20,000 bases of DNA from an uncultured virus (IMG/VR IMGVR_UViG_3300008116_000013). Its lineage: Duplodnaviria; Heunggongvirae; Uroviricota; Caudoviricetes. The stretch's first letter is position 1; each line of letters starts with the position of its first letter. The stretch is taken from IMG/VR virus record IMGVR_UViG_3300008116_000013; one strand, given 5' to 3'. The notes beneath the pieces were generated by a model. That model saw nothing but the letters and a program-made list of their open reading frames with translations, did not search any database and was not told where the DNA came from. This document shows positions 16,396 to 20,000 of the stretch, piece by piece. The translations under genes and the position numbers were made by a program.

Positions 16396-17685
16396 TTATT
16401 TAGTGAGGGTTACAAGTTGATTTGAAGGAAGTGCTGTTGGATAGTATAGTAACTGTTGAATAGTTCCTCCCCATTTCCCATCTCCACCAATAATAAGTTG
16501 ATTTGGTGCAACGGGCATTTCAACGGAAGTATCAGTTGTAGTCATCACACCATCAACACCAAAAGTTGAACTATCTTTTTTGAGTGCTTGTATCATCTTA
16601 AATGGTGCAGTAGTTGGAATACTTCTTGCAACATAAGTGGTATAACTTACTCCACCAGAAGTTATACTGTTGTTTGTGAGTTGATTACTTGCATCTGCAC
16701 CATAAAAAGCAATATTATTGTTATTCGTTCCATCATTTATTCTTGCAAGATTTGGATAACCAAGAAAGTTTCCAGCATAGTTTCTTCTTGCACCAATCAT
16801 TAAAGTCCATTCTGTTGGATTATAAAAACTAGAGAATGCTGTTCCGTCTATTTTTGCGTTGTCTACGGTTCTTGTGACTGTGGAACCAGCAGTAGGAATA
16901 TAAGAAGTAGAAAATAATCCAAGTTCTATTTGTTTTCCCCAAGTATAAATCCCAGATACATCATCACCATTCCAAAACTGCTGACCCGTGCTACTGTGTA
17001 TTTGCTCTCCTACAAAAGAAATAGTATTAAATCCCGCTACTTTGTTATATCTTCCCGAAAGTGTATAACGATACCAACCATTACCATAGTTCTCAACTTT
17101 CGTAGAACCATTAGACCATCCAACTCCTGATGGAATACCAAGTGTTGTTGGATTTGCAGTATCAATAACCGTCAAAAAATATCTATAAGTCGGTGTTGCA
17201 TCAAACGCAACAAACCCAATCAAAAGACGAAGATTACTATTATTGTAGTTTCTTACAAAAATAGAAGTTGTTACATCTGTTGTTCCTCCAACTGATTGAC
17301 CTGTAATATCAATATCTGCGGCATTAGAACTTGCTCCGTGAAAGTTTCCTGATGATAGAGGAACTCTTCTAACCGCAGCAGTTCCGTCAGGATTAAATAT
17401 GGTTGTTTCTGTTGTATTTGATGTAGCACTAAAATTAAAGTTTACAGATTGGGTGCAACGATTTACTCTCTGCTCCTCAATAAGTAATCCCAAACTCTCA
17501 CCAGTCACAGGGTCAAAATCAAATCTTGGTTGGTCTGCTGGAATGACTTCAATATACCCATCAGGACCCACACGAGTTCCAGAAGTCGTTCTTGCGAATG
17601 TAATGCGTGGATCTAATCTTTGAGACCTTGCAAAGTTTATGGAGAGTGAGGGTCTTGTGTTTGGGAAGTTTTGTGATATACTCAT
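16396..17685 (-). CDS. Fibre/spike protein paralog 3 (conserved N-terminal anchor, CBM-like middle, ConA/LamG-like C-terminus)
   Basis: 429 aa. PSLSINFA..LDPRITF.R...PRFD...LGLLIEEQRVN, GNGWYR, WGKQIELG...TSYIPT, YYP.AL...QL..LT. Confidence 0.75.
   Translation of the reverse strand: MSISQNFPNTRPSLSINFARSQRLDPRITFARTTSGTRVGPDGYIEVIPADQPRFDFDPVTGESLGLLIEEQRVNRCTQSVNFNFSATSNTTETTIFNPDGTAAVRRVPLSSGNFHGASSNAADIDITGQSVGGTTDVTTSIFVRNYNNSNLRLLIGFVAFDATPTYRYFLTVIDTANPTTLGIPSGVGWSNGSTKVENYGNGWYRYTLSGRYNKVAGFNTISFVGEQIHSSTGQQFWNGDDVSGIYTWGKQIELGLFSTSYIPTAGSTVTRTVDNAKIDGTAFSSFYNPTEWTLMIGARRNYAGNFLGYPNLARINDGTNNNNIAFYGADASNQLTNNSITSGGVSYTTYVARSIPTTAPFKMIQALKKDSSTFGVDGVMTTTDTSVEMPVAPNQLIIGGDGKWGGTIQQLLYYPTALPSNQLVTLTK
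16397..16404 (-). promoter_or_regulatory. Late-promoter-like ACTAAATA
   Basis: TAAATA core overlapping the last codons of the 429-aa gene, 13 nt before the ATG at 16383. Confidence 0.35.
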
Positions 17686-17686
17686 T

Positions 17687-18886
17687 TTACTTTGTTAGGT
17701 TTTGGAGTTGGGAGTTGGTTAGACGACGGGGATAATAGGTGAGTTGTGCTATGTGACCAGAGGGTTCCAACTGAAATCTAGATCTACCAAAAATCAATAG
17801 TTGATTACAGGTAGGAACTTCACCAGAACTAGTTGTATTTGGTATTGCTCCGTGAGATGTAAATGCATAGTCATTTTTTTTGTATGCTAATGCTGCCTTA
17901 CCAATATTTTGTATATTACTGGTATAAGTGTCTATATGATTCAGAACTGTGCTTCCATCTGGAGAATATGCAACTGCACCAAAGAATGCATATGGTGCTC
18001 CTCCACCAGGAGCGGTTTGAGTATATATCCGCATAACATTTCTATCTTTATCTGTTCCTGCAATAGAAACAAAAGCATCATATGATAAAGAAGAACGAAC
18101 TGTTTGGTTTCGGATTGATGCAAATAATGTCCCCTCACTTTGATTATACCAACTTGAGAAGTTCTCACCGACCATAGAGACATTATCTGGGTTGCGAGTT
18201 GCTTGTTGTCCTGCAACAGGACGAGGAATATAAGAAGTTGCAAAAGCACCAGACTCTAATTGTGCTCCCCAAATAGAAATAACTTTATTTTCTCCCTGTG
18301 TCCCAAAAAATACTTGAAGTCGTGAATTATTTCGAGTGTTGATGAGTGTAAATGTAAGTGTAAATCTTTGCCACGTAGTTGTTATGTTTGCAGTATTTGA
18401 ATATATTTCATTTCCTCCAACGAATGCAAATGAGGCACTAAAACTTGTAGTCCCTTTCAACCACATAGACATTGTGTAAGTTCCTGGTGTTAAAGTCGCG
18501 CCTACATTACAATTTAAAAATGGTTCAGACGCACCAGTTAAATCGTGTTTACATAAAACTGTATTACCATCTGGTGCAACATCATTTGCTGTTGCAATAC
18601 TCTGATTGTTGATACTATAATTAAAATCTGTGGTATTATCAGTTACAAGATTAGTTCTCTGCTCCTCCACCAATAACCCCAAAGACCTCACAGTTCCACT
18701 CACAGGGTCATAAGAATGGTCGAATCTTGGAGAGTTTGCAGGAACTACCTCTACTAGTCCAATCTCATTTGTTCTGGTTCCTGATGTGGTTCTTGTAAAA
18801 GTAATGCGAGGGTCTAGGGTTTTAGACCTTGCAAAGTTCAGGGAAAGTGATGGTGAGATTGCTGGGAAGTTTTGTTGGATACTCAT
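17687..18886 (-). CDS. Fibre/spike protein paralog 2
   Basis: 399 aa. Same conserved blocks as its neighbours (LDPRITFTRTTSGTR, LGLLVEEQRTN, WGAQLESGAFATSYIP, GHIAQLTYYP). The middle segment YTMSMWLKG...TTTWQRFTLTFT is CBM-like. Confidence 0.75.
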   Translation of the reverse strand: MSIQQNFPAISPSLSLNFARSKTLDPRITFTRTTSGTRTNEIGLVEVVPANSPRFDHSYDPVSGTVRSLGLLVEEQRTNLVTDNTTDFNYSINNQSIATANDVAPDGNTVLCKHDLTGASEPFLNCNVGATLTPGTYTMSMWLKGTTSFSASFAFVGGNEIYSNTANITTTWQRFTLTFTLINTRNNSRLQVFFGTQGENKVISIWGAQLESGAFATSYIPRPVAGQQATRNPDNVSMVGENFSSWYNQSEGTLFASIRNQTVRSSLSYDAFVSIAGTDKDRNVMRIYTQTAPGGGAPYAFFGAVAYSPDGSTVLNHIDTYTSNIQNIGKAALAYKKNDYAFTSHGAIPNTTSSGEVPTCNQLLIFGRSRFQLEPSGHIAQLTYYPRRLTNSQLQNLTK

Positions 18887-20000
18887 AATGCTAGATTTCT
18901 AATTTGAGTATTTGTGAATTTAGTTGGGTAATATGAAAAATTTTTTATGTGTCCACCAAAACGTTGAAGACCAGAATGTTGTGGATTAAAAGCAAAGGCA
19001 TTAATATCAGTTCTTACTTGCCCCAAAGAATCTGTTCTTTCAGATATAACTCCATTACCAATATTTACATACTGAACAAAATCATCTAGTTTATATCCAA
19101 CAGAAAGTTTTCTTTCTTGATCTGTTATTCCTATTGTTGGAGAACCGGCAGTATTCAAAAATGCTATATTCACATCTGACGGATCTCTAAAAAGAGAAAT
19201 TGATGAACCACCAGAAGAAACATAATGACCCCATCCAATAGTATTTCTATTGATTGAAAAAACAAATGGGGTTGCATTTGTTCTTCCATAAGGTGTTGGA
19301 GAACTGAATGAACAGAATACAGTTCCCTCTGATAAATTATAAAATTGGTTGAACTGTGTTCCTTCTATATAAGCATTGTCGGGAGTTCTTGTTTTTGTGG
19401 AACCTTCTGTGGGGATGTAGGATGTTGGAAAGGAACCTTGCTCTACTTGAAGTCCCCAAACATACATTCCATTGGCACCGTTTCCTGTATAATTTGATTG
19501 ACCGTTAGCATCAACCATAACAATGTAAACAGTTGGTGTTTCATTAGTGTAAGTATTAGTTGCATATACCCTATACCAACCATTTGGATACGCTATAATA
19601 CCTATTGTTCCTGTTCCTCCGGTTATAATACCCTGATTTAAATCAAAAAAAGCAGCAGCATTTGTGGTGTTTAAAAGTTGAATATATCCTTTATACACTT
19701 CGCCTGCTTTAAAAAAACAAGAAACAGTATAATCACCATTTACACTAAAACCACCTTGCTGAACTCTTTTAAATTGAGACAAAATACCATCTTCAACTAA
19801 TTTATCGGCAGTTAAAGTTCCGTCTGGTGCGATTGCTGCATTTGGTGATATTGACGCATTTGCTGCTTGATTTGGTGAAAGATTAAACTCTTGACTTCTT
19901 AAAGCAGAATTAACTCGTTGTTCCTCAATCAACAAACCCAAACTCTCAATCTCTCCATTCACATAACGATGGTCAAATCTTGGTTCATTAGGTCCAGCAT
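18883..20000 (-). CDS. Fibre/spike protein paralog 1, 5'-partial
   Basis: The frame stays open to the window edge (AGPNEPRFDHRYVNGEIESLGLLIEEQRVN) and aligns to about residues 50-80 of the paralogs, so the track start at 19962 is an internal GTG. Also WGLQVEQGSFPTSYIPT and GHIKNFSYYP. Confidence 0.8.
   Translation of the reverse strand, partial: AGPNEPRFDHRYVNGEIESLGLLIEEQRVNSALRSQEFNLSPNQAANASISPNAAIAPDGTLTADKLVEDGILSQFKRVQQGGFSVNGDYTVSCFFKAGEVYKGYIQLLNTTNAAAFFDLNQGIITGGTGTIGIIAYPNGWYRVYATNTYTNETPTVYIVMVDANGQSNYTGNGANGMYVWGLQVEQGSFPTSYIPTEGSTKTRTPDNAYIEGTQFNQFYNLSEGTVFCSFSSPTPYGRTNATPFVFSINRNTIGWGHYVSSGGSSISLFRDPSDVNIAFLNTAGSPTIGITDQERKLSVGYKLDDFVQYVNIGNGVISERTDSLGQVRTDINAFAFNPQHSGLQRFGGHIKNFSYYPTKFTNTQIRNLAL

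Noticed and set aside
19960..19962. ORF-track start of the 359-aa protein
   Set aside because: Internal GTG; the frame and paralog homology continue to the window edge.
1..20000. Stop-codon reassignment, tRNA/rRNA genes, integrase or transposase, intrinsic terminators
   Set aside because: Genes tile the window under the standard code with TAA, TGA and TAG all used as stops. Intergenic gaps are under 40 nt, and no such elements were recognisable.

Overview
Phage DNA, most consistent with a T4-like cyanomyovirus-type genome (inferred from gene content, tight packing and NATAAATA/TAAATA late-promoter-like motifs). Every real gene lies on the minus strand in one tightly packed run. In transcription order (right to left): three tandem paralogous fibre/spike proteins with conserved ends and variable middles (the first cut by the window edge), a small acidic companion protein, a Gly/Thr-rich fibre protein, a Calx-beta/NIDO-like protein, a 1000-aa structural protein, a 388-aa fibre/adaptor protein, and a 1263-aa protein made of four six-bladed Kelch-like propellers (24 blades with near-identical frameworks and hypervariable loops). 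Next comes a four-gene cassette: GT-A glycosyltransferase, fused GT4+GT2 glycosyltransferase, a helical hypothetical protein and a DUF6445/2OG-Fe(II) oxygenase-like protein. Last is a second Kelch-propeller paralog (1-1600) that the ORF track missed. Its repeat frame is stop-free, but its natural start (ATG CCT GAT ACA, equivalent to MADT of the intact paralog) is out of frame, with a leader 95 nt shorter than the paralog's. The most interesting candidate system is a variable multi-propeller adhesin array, with signs of loop exchange and a possibly silenced paralog, flanking a putative hydroxylation/glycosylation cassette. No database searches were run; family assignments come from motif recognition.
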